Of a stretch of 64,000 nucleotides of DNA, positions 21,644 through 32,350 are shown in pieces. Location: contig RQSC01000026.1 in assembly GCA_013416795.1 (NCBI GenBank), positions 517,812-581,811 on the forward strand, read 5' to 3'. Every line of letters starts with the position of its first letter. Within the stretch, counting starts at the first letter, position 1. The notes beneath the pieces were generated by a model. The model searched no databases. It worked only from the letters and a program-made list of their open reading frames with translations, and was not told where the DNA came from. Position numbers and translations under genes: made by a program. This stretch comes from Prasinococcaceae sp. CCMP 1430 (taxonomy: Eukaryota; Plantae; Prasinodermophyta).

Positions 21644-23251
21644 TCAGCTAGTCGGCACGAACGCGCGCACGAAGGGCTGCGAGGCGTGAGCACCGGGGTA
21701 CGACACCTCATCGGGGCCGCCGGCGCACACGCGCGACGCGCGCGAGGCCATCCTCGCAGTGCGCGCATAGAGCGCGCGGTGCTCTTCGCTGCGCGCGTAG
21801 AAGGCGCTCGAGGGGGCGCGCGCCTCCGTCGAGAGCTTGCCCAGGAGCCGCAGCGCGGACGCCATGTAGTCGGCGTCTGCTGGCACGTAGAACGCGCACG
21901 CTCCGCCCCCTGGCGAGAAGTGCACATTCACGGTCCCAGCTGCACCCATCGCCAACGCATGAAGCTGCAGTTGCGGGACGTGGAGCGGGTTCACGTTTGC
22001 ACGCGCATCCATCTCGCGGACAACCTCGAAATGGGGCATCCCGTGCGTCGAGCGTGTACGCCCAGAGCCATCGCGCGGCTCGAAAAAGGGCGAGCGCGAT
22101 TTGACCTCGACTGCCAAAAGGACGACGTCATCGAGGGGCACGCCCAGAACGCTCGCGGCAACGGCGCGGTGCGACGCGGCCGCCTGCGCGCTCACTGGCC
22201 GTTTGGCGGCACCAAGTGCGAGCAGCATGGCCTCGGGCGGTGTGGGCGATGCGGTCGCGCGAGCGGTTGCGGCCGAGGCCGCCACAGCTGCCGCTGAGAA
22301 GGCCATCACGGCGTCCGGCGAGGCGCCCAGAGCGAGTTCGGCGTCCACCGTACGCTTGCCGAGCCTTTGCAGCACGTCCTCCTCCACCGGAAACATGCCG
22401 CACTCGAGTAGCACAGCCTGCGGGAACAGCGCCGCAGTCGCGTGCAGCGCAGCAGCCTCCTGGATGGAGCCTGCGGCCATGGCCACGCTGCGCGAGCCAC
22501 CCCTCGCAGCTCGCAGTGACATGCGCGCCATGTCAGGTGTCACTCCCCAATCCATGTCCACGTCCTTGGTGTTTAGGTTGTAGTCGAGTATGCGCACTGC
22601 CTCAGCAGCGGCGGCCTCGGCGTGGCAAAGCTGCGGCAAGTGCTCGGTGAGAGCGGCGCCCACATCCTTGAGGGTCTGGTGCGCACCAAGTATGCGTCCC
22701 CTGCTGACGATGCTCTTGGGCATACTCAACGCCTTGGGCGCGGGCGGTTCGAAGAATCCCAGCGCCGCAGCGAACGTCGACGTCGTCAGCCGACCGACGT
22801 GAAGCTCGCGCCACTGGATTGTGTCTTGGCGTGTGACAGCGGCCTCGTGCAGCGCAGCGGCGCGTGATCCGTCCACCGGCGGTGGCAGCCCCACAAAGCG
22901 CTCACAAGAGCGAAGCACGGCCATGCTTGGTGCGCGCCATCCCAGATTTGGCACGCGCACGCCGGCCATGCGAATCTGCTCGCTCTGGCACTGCGCTCGC
23001 GTGCCCTGCCCCTTCCGCCCACGCTGTTCTGGCTCCTCCCTCTCCTGACCCTCGCCCATTTGCTGCGGTGCCAGCCCCGCGGCTACCTGTGCTTCTGACT
23101 GCTTCGACTTGGCGCCGCCGGAACGCCTCCGCCGCCTCTTTGACCCCCTCCGCGCGCTCCGCGCTGGTGGCGGCCGCGCCGCGCCCGGTACCGCCGCACC
23201 CGGAGGTGGCTGCTGCGGCGGCGACTTGTCGGTGTCCATGGCCTCATGCAT
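21644..23251 (-). CDS. YqaJ/lambda-exonuclease-like PD-(D/E)xK nuclease
   Basis: QDTIQWRELHVGRLTTS, AGSIQEAAA, LGASPDA, AVEVKSRSP and HVPQLQLHAL occur in the order of the YqaJ family motifs. N-terminal basic tract KRRRRR. Confidence 0.75.
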   Translation of the reverse strand: MHEAMDTDKSPPQQPPPGAAVPGAARPPPARSARRGSKRRRRRSGGAKSKQSEAQVAAGLAPQQMGEGQEREEPEQRGRKGQGTRAQCQSEQIRMAGVRVPNLGWRAPSMAVLRSCERFVGLPPPVDGSRAAALHEAAVTRQDTIQWRELHVGRLTTSTFAAALGFFEPPAPKALSMPKSIVSRGRILGAHQTLKDVGAALTEHLPQLCHAEAAAAEAVRILDYNLNTKDVDMDWGVTPDMARMSLRAARGGSRSVAMAAGSIQEAAALHATAALFPQAVLLECGMFPVEEDVLQRLGKRTVDAELALGASPDAVMAFSAAAVAASAATARATASPTPPEAMLLALGAAKRPVSAQAAASHRAVAASVLGVPLDDVVLLAVEVKSRSPFFEPRDGSGRTRSTHGMPHFEVVREMDARANVNPLHVPQLQLHALAMGAAGTVNVHFSPGGGACAFYVPADADYMASALRLLGKLSTEARAPSSAFYARSEEHRALYARTARMASRASRVCAGGPDEVSYPGAHASQPFVRAFVPTS

Positions 23252-23264
23252 CGCTCTTGCGCCC

Positions 23265-23975
23265 TCAAACCGCGCCTTCGAGCGCGAGCGTGGTCGCCAA
23301 CGCGAACGAGGCGAGCACGCAACCGGCACCAATGAAGTCACCGAGGACAGGGCCGCTGTCCCTCTCTCCGGGAGGAAAATACTTGTCGGCGGCGACGCGC
23401 GGCGGGTCGAAGCCGCTGCCCGCGAGCGGAGTGGGATTGCAGCGGCCAAGGCGCCAGGCTGTGAGGAGCGTCCCACGCCTACGGTCGCGAGCGTCAGCTT
23501 TTGTGCACAAGGACCGCGCACGCCCACGCACGTGCTTCGCGCTGCGCTCCTGCGCGCGACGTACCAGACGCCGTACTGCGTGTAGCACTCGATGGAGTAC
23601 TCGGAGCACGAAGGCACGTACCGACACGCGCGGGGAAGAAGTGGAGAGATCTCGCGACGGTAGAAGCCGAGTGCCGCAAGGGCGGCACGCGTCGGGACGG
23701 GTACGTCCCCGTCGCCGCCGTCGTCGCTGTCGACTTCGCCGCCACCGTTGCTATCGCCCTCGCCCTCGTCCCCGGAGGGTACAATGGCGTCTTCGTCTCC
23801 ACTGGCGGCGTGGCGCACGCCTCTCCCCGAGCGCGCGGTGGAGAGCAGCGCCGCCCGGAGGCGGCCGGCGGTGCACGCTCCACAGACGCACGCTCCACGC
23901 GGCACCAGGCCCGCAGCCCGCGCGCGCAGCCGCGCGGGCCTCTCGCGCGCACGCCTCGGCGCACGCGTACAGCCT
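23265..23975 (-). CDS. yidD: YidD / membrane protein insertion efficiency factor (haemolytic-domain) homologue, probably plastid-targeted; intron 23479-23564; start not located
   Basis: GFYRREISPLLPRACRYVPSCSEYSIECYTQYGVW spliced (gtacgt...gctgac...gtag, 86 nt) to RGTLLTAWRLGRCNP...GFDPP; stop TGA at 23265-23267. Confidence 0.88.
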
Positions 23976-24425
23976 GGAGACCATCCTCATCGACTACTAC
24001 ATGGAGCGCTATTGCGGCCAGCATCAACCGCCCAGCGCGGGCCTGCGTCCCCGAGAGCGGCCGGCCGCCAGCGCCGGCGCCAGCTCGAGCGACCACGCAG
24101 CAACAGAGCGGTCGGAGGGAGCCGACTCGCTCGCCGCCGCGCGCTCGGCGCGCACGCACTGGCGCCCCCCCCGCCCCTGCCGCATGGCCCTATCATCTCA
24201 TCTCGGTGCGCCGCCCAGCGCGGGAGCGACGCGAGGGCCCCACGTACGTACGTCGATGGGGTTTGGGGTTCGATTTGACTTTTGGGGGTTGGTCTCCGAT
24301 TGGAAGGTTTCAGGGTCCAAACCTATCGCCTTGGCTTGGCGAGGAGGGAAGGGGTTAGCCACACGGCGCGCGTGGTGGTGGGGCGCTGGACCGCTGGCGC
24401 GGCCGACCCGCGGCCGTGGACGGTC

Positions 24426-25709
24426 ATGGGGGCTGGGGCGGGCGGCGCACGGCCGTGCGAGTACATAGGCGTGACGGCCGGCGGGCTGGAGCGCTTCCTC
24501 GCCGCCGAGGTCTCCGAGCGGGGCGGCCAGGTCGCGTGGGTGCGCCGCGGTGCGGTCGCCTTCTCGCTCGAGCGAGGGTGCGCGCGCCAGCTTCGCACAG
24601 CTGACAGGATTGTCGTCGCACTCACCGATCGAGACGCCGAGCCGCAGGCCGTCGGGCGGGACAAGGACGTCGCGCTGGAAACAACTGAGGAGACGGCACG
24701 GGCATGCACGCGAGCAAATTGCAAAGCGGCGCTCGAGATAGTGCGCGCTTGGCGCTGCGCCGAGTGCAGTGGCGATGATGATGTCCCGGCGGATGCAGAC
24801 GTTTCCTTCCGAGTGACATGCAAGCGAACGGTCGCGACGCACATCGGAGGCGCGCAACAGCAAAAGCAGGCATTCTGCAGTGTAGACGCGGCCGGCGCCT
24901 TTGGTGCCGGCGTCGCGGAGGCGGCTGGATGGCGCGTCTCCCTGCGCGCGTGGCACATCGACGTGTTCCTGCTCATCGAGGACGATGCGCTCGCGTTTGC
25001 TGGCCTTGAGCTCTTGCGGACGACGACGCTGAAGGGCAGGGCGATGTCGGTGCCGCTGTATGCGCTGAGGCCGTGGCGTGCTTCCCTCGTGGAGACAGCG
25101 CTGAAGCCTAGTGTTGCGCGTGCGCTGCTCGCCGAGGCGCGCGTCACTGCCGGAGACATCGTGGTGGATCCCTGCGGCGGGGGAATGACTATCCCGCTTG
25201 AGGCGGCCGACGTGCAGGCGGGACCGTGCCAATACGCCTGCGTCGGCATTGGTGGGGACGTCGACGCCGACCCGCTCGTGTGCGCGATGGCGAACGCAGA
25301 AGCTGCTGGGCGTCATGCGCCGGCAGTCGGCGTGCTCAGGTGGGACGGTGGGGCGCTCCCGCTGCGCTCGGGGATTGCAGACGCCGTCGTGTCGGACCTG
25401 CCTTTTGGCAAGAGGTGCGGCAAGCCTGGGCAACGGGGTGGTCTGTATTCCCGGGTCGCGCGCGAGGCCGCGCGGCTGCTGCGTCCCGGCGGGAGGGCTG
25501 TCTTTCTATGCTGTGGAAAAAAATCTTTCGATGTGCTGGAGGCAGGCGGGCGTGGGTTTCTCAAGGCGCTGGCGAGAGAGCGAATCACCATGGAGCTCGA
25601 GGCCACCATGTGCGTGTTCGAGCGCGTCGGCGGCGCGTATGTCGGGCTAGCGGCTGAGGCGAGTTGCGCCGACGGGAGCAACACCAATGGTGCGGCGAGC
25701 AACGGATAA
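24426..25709 (+). CDS. THUMP-domain RNA methyltransferase (UPF0020 / THUMPD2/3-like)
   Basis: GLERFLAAEV, THUMP-like FRVTCKR, TALKPSVARALL, VVDPCGGGMTIPLEAA, GGDVD, WDGGALPLRSG.ADAVVSDLPFGKR. Confidence 0.85.
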   Translation: MGAGAGGARPCEYIGVTAGGLERFLAAEVSERGGQVAWVRRGAVAFSLERGCARQLRTADRIVVALTDRDAEPQAVGRDKDVALETTEETARACTRANCKAALEIVRAWRCAECSGDDDVPADADVSFRVTCKRTVATHIGGAQQQKQAFCSVDAAGAFGAGVAEAAGWRVSLRAWHIDVFLLIEDDALAFAGLELLRTTTLKGRAMSVPLYALRPWRASLVETALKPSVARALLAEARVTAGDIVVDPCGGGMTIPLEAADVQAGPCQYACVGIGGDVDADPLVCAMANAEAAGRHAPAVGVLRWDGGALPLRSGIADAVVSDLPFGKRCGKPGQRGGLYSRVAREAARLLRPGGRAVFLCCGKKSFDVLEAGGRGFLKALARERITMELEATMCVFERVGGAYVGLAAEASCADGSNTNGAASNG

Positions 25710-25784
25710 TAATACTTTTAGTTGACCATTAGGATTGCGGCCACGCCTGGACCACAGCGGCGGCTGCGCCGGCCACTGCAGCGA

Positions 25785-27200
25785 CTAGCTGAAGTGTCCG
25801 CTGTCTTTGAGTGCCGCGCTAATGTCGGCGTCGGTGACGCCGCCGACCGGCACGAAGGTCTCACCGGTGATGGACTCGTACAGCAGCACGTAGCGTCTGC
25901 TGAGCTCGGTAACGAGCTCGACGGGCGCTTCAGGGAGCGTCTCGTCGTTGTAAGGGTCGCAGTTGGCTGCAAACCACAGGCGGAGGAATTCTGCGGGCGC
26001 GAGAGCAGGTCAGCATGCCGCCCACGGCATGGGCGACTCGCATGGCAGCGTGCGACGAAGCCCTCACCGCCAGCCGGCGGCGCGCAGCGACGCGCACTCA
26101 CCCTTGTCGATGTTTTCCGGCTCCTCCCCGGCCGCGTGGCGCTCTTCGTACGAGTGTGCTAGCCAGTACCTGCTCGAGTCGGGCGTGTGCACCTCGTCCA
26201 CCACGCGGATAGTTCCGTCGGCGTCCTGTCACGAGGCGGCGGGTGCTATCTGTCAGCGTCGCCGTAGGCGAATGCGCAGGGCGAGCTCGCCGCCGCGCAG
26301 CCGCAGCGCTCACCTTTCCGAACTCGTACTTGGTATCCACCAGGAGGAAGCCCTTCGACGCCGCAACCTCCTGTCCGCGCTTGAAGAGCTCCTTCGCGAG
26401 CCGGGCCGTCTCCTCGGCATCCTCACGGCTCATGAGGCCGCGCTCGATGACACCCTCGAGGCTGATGGGCTCGTCGTGGTCGGCGGCTTTCGTGGTGGGC
26501 GTAAGCACGGGCTCGCTCAGTTGGTCGTTCTTCCGAAGCCCATCGGGGAACGAGTTGCCGCAGTACTCGCGCTCGCCGTTGTTGTAGTGCGTCCACAGCG
26601 ACGTCGAGGTCGACCCCGTGATGAAGCCGCGCATGACGAACTCGACCGGGAAGACCTCGCACTTCTTCATCACGGACACGTTGGGGTGTGGCGTCGAGAG
26701 CAGCGCGTTGGGCACAATGTCCTGCGTCTGATCGAACCACCACCGCGCCACGCCGTTGAGCACCTGGCCCTTGAACGGGATGGACGCCAGGATACGGTCG
26801 AAGGCGCTCTGGCGGTCGGTCGTGACGATGGTGAACAGCCCGTCGTCGCCGGCGTAGTACGTGTCGCGGACCTTGCCCTCGGTGCGTGCACCGAAGCCCT
26901 CCAGATGCGTGGTTCCTAGGCAGTCACCCTCTTCCACCGCGCGCGACACATACGCCGGCGCGGGGCCCTCCACCTTGACGACGGGCGCGTCTGCCGCGGC
27001 CGCGCGCGCGGCCGCGCGGCGGGAGCCGCGGGGATGGAGAGCCGCGCCGCGCAGCGCCGCCCAGGCGGGGTGTGTCTGTGTCGCCCCCGCCTGCCGCACG
27101 CGGCGGCGTGCGAGGAGTGCGCGGCGCTTTTCGCCAGCCGCCGCATGCGGCGTCGCGTCGCACCACTCGACCGTAAAGTCAATACCACTTTGCATTCTCC
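25785..27200 (-). CDS. purC: SAICAR synthetase; introns 26226-26313 and 25991-26101; start uncertain
   Basis: [58 protein letters not shown] | [12 protein letters not shown]...NIDK | EFLRLWF. Splice phases are consistent. Confidence 0.95.
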
Positions 27201-27517
27201 GTCGCGCATTTCGGAATTCAATTGCCGCAACCTTCGTTTTGTTCGTGTTTGTTTGGTTTGGGCGTGTTCCCGCGGGCGCCCGCCGGGGCTGGCTGAGGGC
27301 GGCGGCGGGGGCGGGCGCTGCGCTGTGCGCGGGCGTGCAGGAGAGCGCGCCTCTGTCGGCTTGTGCGTGCGTGCGTGTGTGCAGGCGGGCGCGCGAACGC
27401 GCTGTGCAGGTGGCTGTGTGGGGGGAAGGGCGCAGCCACAGAGCGCGCCGGGTGCAGCGCGGCGCGGCGTGAGGCGCGCGCGCGAAGGGAGTGGGCGAGC
27501 GCGCGGCCGGCGGGGCC

Positions 27518-28200
27518 ATGGCGGGGGCCGGCGGCAGCGGCGTCGACGGCGTCGACGAGTGGCCCCCCGCGCTGGGCGAGGCGCTCTCGCGCTCGCTGGC
27601 GTTCCAAGGGTACCCGCTGTCGCATCCGGTGAGCCACCCGGTGTGGGCGGACGAGAGCGCGTATCCGGGCGCGTGGGATGGCGCGCGCGCACGGGCCGAC
27701 GGCTCGGTCGCCTCAACAGCGCGGCGGCTCACGACGCTCACACGCGATGACGTGGCGGCGCAGGCGACAATCGAGTACTACGCGCGCGTCGCGCAGGAGA
27801 GGTTCGGCGCGGCGATGGAGGCTGCGCAGACCGCGCGCGCTGCGGCGCTCGCGCGCGTCGAGGCTGCACCGCAGCAGCGCAGAGAAAGCCTAAAGAAGGG
27901 GGCGAACGCCGCGCGCAAGGCCGCCGCTGCTGCTGCCGCCAACGCTGCAGGCGGTGGCGTCGCCACAGACTCGTCTAAGGCAGGCGTGAAGGTGCGCGCG
28001 CTCGCGCGGGCTGATGCGCGCACGCCCCATAGTGAGCGTTGGTGCTCGTGAGCATACGCGCACTCAAACGCATGTATGCGTGCGCGCTCACACACACGCG
28101 CGCGTGCACACATACACACACCCGCGCACACACGCAGAAGGCGGCTGCCTCGCCTGTTGACAAGGCCGCGAAGAAGGCTGCCAAGCCGAGGGTGGCAGGT

Positions 28201-28231
<31 letters not shown>

Positions 28232-28656
28232 TTCAGCAGCAGCAGCAGCTTCAGCAGCAGCTGCACGCGCAGCAGCTGCAGCAGCTGCAGCTGCAGCAGC
28301 AACTGCGTCAACAGCAGCTGCAGCAGCTGCAATTGCAGCGGCAGAGCATGCAACAGCAAATGCAGCCCGCCGCGTCCGGCCTGCCGCCCCAACCCGTGCT
28401 GCAGGCGATGCCGGTGTACCGCGGCGCGGCCGCGCAGGCGCAGCAGGTGCAAGGGGCGCCGCCGCAGGCACATCCCGCTCACTACCACGTACAGGTCGCG
28501 GCTGCCGTGGCTGGCGGGCCGGCGCTGCACCAGGTGCCGCTCCAGCAGCAGCAGGTGCAGCCGTCGCACCAGCAGGTGGCGTTGCAGCAGCCGAAAGCCC
28601 CGCAGCAGGGCGCGCACCCCGCGCAGCAGCACCAAGCGCCAGGCACAGCGCAATAG
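27518..28656 (+). CDS. Unknown protein with a polyglutamine/Q-rich C-terminus; intron 27992-28137
   Basis: Exon 1 (158 codons) joins in phase 0 to KAAASPVDKAAKK...(Q)n...APGTAQ*; donor gtgcgc, acceptor cag. Confidence 0.65.
28203..28370 (+). repeat. Imperfect (CAG)n coding microsatellite
   Basis: Runs of cag interrupted by ctt/ctg/caa, encoding QQQQQQQQQLQQQQQLQQQLHAQQLQQLQLQQQ. Confidence 0.95.
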
Positions 28657-28973
28657 CACACTACTAGTCTAGGCGAGCGAAATAATCACGGTCGGATGAG
28701 ATCGAGTTTCGTTCGTGCGCATGCACGGCCGCTACATCGCCACCGCCGCACGAGGCGTCCCCGGGGCAACGGCTCCCACCTGCTCAAAGCGCGCGATCAG
28801 AACCGCACGCGCCTCGGCGAGCGCGTCGGCGCCCGCGCCAGCGGCGCCCCTTCATCGCCAGCTAGGGCCTGCTTTGCCACCGCGCTCCTCGAGCGCGTCG
28901 GCCCGAGGTCCTGCTCAGACATGCGATCCAGTTTTACGCTGGTGCCCCCCGCGCAGCAGCGTGCCAAGCTAGA

Positions 28974-30900
28974 TCAGAAGACGAGGGGGCACAGCATGAC
29001 CGAGCCGTTGGTGAAGGCCGCGGCGAGCGTGCGCCGGCTGGTGCGCGCGCCCGCGCGCTGCGAGTGGAGTGCGACGCGTGGCGCGGCATGGCGCTCGGCC
29101 TCGCTGCCGAGGGAGGAGGCGCGCGGGCCCTCCACGGCGCCCACCAGCGACAGCGAGAGCACGGGGTCCAGGCGCGACGACAGCAGCACGACGCGCCCAC
29201 CGGCCGTTGCCACGGCAAGGCGCTCGCCCGTCGAGTCCCACGCAAGCGAGCGCACCGACGGGGGCGACGGCGCGCCATCGCCGTCCGCGGCGGGCATCGG
29301 TAGATCCACAGGCAGCAGCTGCGCGTCAAGCGACGGCGGTCCCAGCGTAAAATGCAGAGCTACCAGCGGAGCGGCCTGGGCGGCGCGTGAGGGCAGAGCG
29401 AGGTGGTGCATCGAATGAGCACATGAGGGGCGGGTGGGTGAGCAAGGGGTCAGCAGCAGGCTGGCTAGAGCACGGGTCGCACGCGCCCACGGCCGCGCCG
29501 ACCGAGCGCGCACCTTCTCCAGTGCGAGCAGCAGCACATTCCCCTCCGGATTCCAGCACGCATCGTACACGTGGCCGTGCCCGCCCGCCCACGACATTGA
29601 CTTCCAGCTGTCCGTATGCCACACCCTGAACCGCCCCCCGCTGCCATGCGAGGCGAAGAGGTAGTCGCCACCGGGCGACCACCGCAGCACGCCAACCTCG
29701 CCAGCGCGACGCCACAGCGGGGTCGGCACGCGAGCCGCCGCGTCCCACACAACCACGGACACCCCCCCGGAGCTGGCGCCGCTCCCGAGCCTCTGGCCAT
29801 CGGGGCTCCACGCGAGCGAGCTCACTCCGCAGTGCCCACCGCACCGCATGAGCGTCATGGTCTCCGTGCCTGCGTCTGCGCCACCCTTCCTGCCGCCGCC
29901 ACCAGCGCCGGCGCTGCTACCGCGGGCGGCCCCCTTCCAACCCGCCTCTAGACCCTTCCAGAGGGCCACGCCCTCAGCGCATCCCACCGCCAACGTGCCC
30001 GGGTGCGACGGGCGCCACGCGAGCGCACGAGCGTCCGTCTGGAGGGCGCTGGAGAGCACCGCCGGCGCGCGCAGGCCGAGCGCGGCGTTCGCGAGCGCCA
30101 TGAGCGCATCCTCCAGCTGCGAAGCGACGTCGGCAGCAGCAGCCCCATCGTCGGCATGCTCATCGATAGCCCGCGCCCGAATGGCGGAGTCGATCGCCTT
30201 GGAGGCCGCCTCGACCTCCATGCTGCCCTCGACGGACACACCCGACAGCAGCGCTGCCGCCTCATGCATGTGATGGAGCAGCGCGTCGGCGCCCCCGCCG
30301 TCGGCAGCAGCACGTTCGCGCGCTTGAAGGAGCTGCGCGAGCGCGTGCGCAGCAATCCGCGCGGCAGCAGGCGACGGAGGCTCCATGTTCTCCAGATCGT
30401 ACACGACCACCTCGCCCGACGCGCGCGCCACTGCCAGCGCCAGCCGCTCGGGGTGCAGCGCGATGGGCGGGGGCTGTGGCCCGCGCGTGCCCTCGGCGGC
30501 GGCGGCACCGCCGCCTATGAGGCCGCGCACGACGGAAGACGCCTTGTCCGTCCAACCAGCGATCACCTCAGCGAGAGCCTCGCGCGCCCGCTCAGCGGAG
30601 GCCTTGGACACCGTCGCCGCGCCCGAGCGGCGCAGGTAGCTGCGCGTCCCGTCGGCGGCAAGCCGCTCGGAGAAGCCGGCGGCGGCGCTGCCAGCACTCC
30701 CGCCGCGCGCCCCACCGCGGCTGGCCGCTTCGGCGCGCACTTCAGGGAGCACCGCCCCGCGCATCAGCATGTCCTCCACATCACGCTCGCACCCCGCTGC
30801 CACTAGCGTGCGGTGCACCTCGCACAATGTCGGCCGCGTGTAGCCGCCGCCGCCGCGGCGCGGTCGGCGGCGGTAGCGCTTGCGCGCGGCGTCGCGCTCG
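28974..30900 (-). CDS. AAAS: ALADIN (AAAS) WD40 nucleoporin; in-frame intron 29376-29513; start uncertain
   Basis: TLCEVHRTL, LAWRPSHPGTLAVGCAEGVALW, VSSLAWSPDGQRL, LRWSPGGDYLFA, FRVWHTDSW, PPSLDAQLLPVDLP, AWDSTGERLAV, end MLCPLVF*. Confidence 0.85.
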
Positions 30901-31227
30901 CGGCGCCCTGCGCGCGGGCGGTTCTGGCCCGATCCTCCCTGTGCGTGCGTCGACACGGCGTCACCCCTCCTCCCACCCCAATCCCTCGCTCCCACCACCC
31001 GCCGCGCGCGCCTCTCCCGCCCTCCCGCGCGCGCCTGTGTGGCCTCCGCGAGCGCGCGCGCCGCGCGAGTACGAACTGAACGTCCCAGGGGAGGGGGGGG
31101 GGCGCGTCAAACGTGAAACCGCGTTCCGAATACCAAGCCCAGGTCTAAGGGGTGCACGGACCTGGGTGGGAAACTACATTGATCCGTTAGACCAGCGAAG
31201 AGACCCGGGTTCTATTGCGAACGCCCC

Positions 31228-32042
31228 CTAGCAGATGCGCCGGAGCTCGACGACGAAGACGAGCGTGGCGTCGCCGGGGATCTCGGGAGGGGAGCCGCGC
31301 TTGCCGTACCCGAGCTTGGGCGGCACCGTCAGCCGCCGGCGCTCGCCCTCGCGCATGCCTGCGACGCCCTGGTCCCAGCCCTTGATCACCTCGCCTGCGC
31401 CAAGCGTGAACTTGAACGACTTGGCCGCATCGAACTGCGAGCCGTCGGACGCGAGCGTGCCAACGTAGCTCATGTCGACCTCGTCGCCGCGCTCGGCCAG
31501 GGCGCCGCCCTCACGCCCTTCGCGCAGCGTCTCCACGCCCACGGATTCGCCCTCCTTGGGCTTGAGCACCACGCCCGGCAGTGCGAACTGGGCGGCCGCG
31601 AGGAGCGCAGCAGCAGTCAGCACACGTCGCACATTCGCGGCGGGCGCCCCATGAGCATTCGACTCACTCTCTGTGTCCCCCGCGCCTCCAGCTTTCCCTT
31701 CGCCACGCCCTGAGCGAGCGCCTTCTTGAACGCCGTCGCCTTCACCTCCCCGTATGCCTTATCGCAGAACTTCTTGATCGCCTGCCTCGAGGCGCCCGCG
31801 GGGTCGGCGAGCGCGTCGATCGCGGCGATGACCTGGCAGCGCACGAGCGGGCGGGGAGGACGCGTCGGCACAGGCGCGTGCGATAATGTCAGCATTGCCC
31901 GTGTGCCGCTCGCAGCCCAGGCGCGTTCGCAGCACCTCGGACTTCTAGCGAGCTTGCGGCAGCGCGGCCGCGCGGAGCGGAGCGGCGTTGTACAGGTACA
32001 CACCTTGTCGAGCACCGTCTTGGGCGCCTTAGGCGGCGGCAT
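31228..32042 (-). CDS. Linker-histone H1 globular (H15 winged-helix) domain fused to an FKBP-type peptidyl-prolyl isomerase, ~187 aa; exons 32004-32042, 31668-31832, 31228-31587
   Basis: [13 protein letters not shown] | [22 protein letters not shown]...[21 protein letters not shown] | FALPG...YVGTL...FD...[36 protein letters not shown]...LVFVVEL. Both introns are GT-AG and phase 0. Confidence 0.85.
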
Positions 32043-32350
32043 GGCGGCGAGGCCCCGGCGCCAGTCGCGCGCCTGCGCGCAGGCGTGGGGCGCACGTCTC
32101 CAGCGCAACCCGCGTGCTGTGGCGCGCCCGCCGTGGGCGCACGCCGTGCGCAGGCCGCATGGCGCGGCCCGGCGTGACCGTGCGCGCGTAACGTAGCCGC
32201 CACTTCATGTCAATTCGCGTCAGACTCGCGCGGACTTGTACGATGTATGAACGACGGCTGCAGCGTGAGGACCAGCGACACCGACTGGATGACTTAGGGC
32301 GGGGCTCAGAGCGCGGCAGTTCTAGGAGCCTACCGTCGCGCGAGCGCATC

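Noticed and set aside
21644-23905. 753-aa YidD-YqaJ fusion as the main product
   Set aside because: A canonical 86-nt intron restores the conserved YidD C-terminus (WRLGRCNP...GFDP) and its own stop; the fusion needs intron retention.
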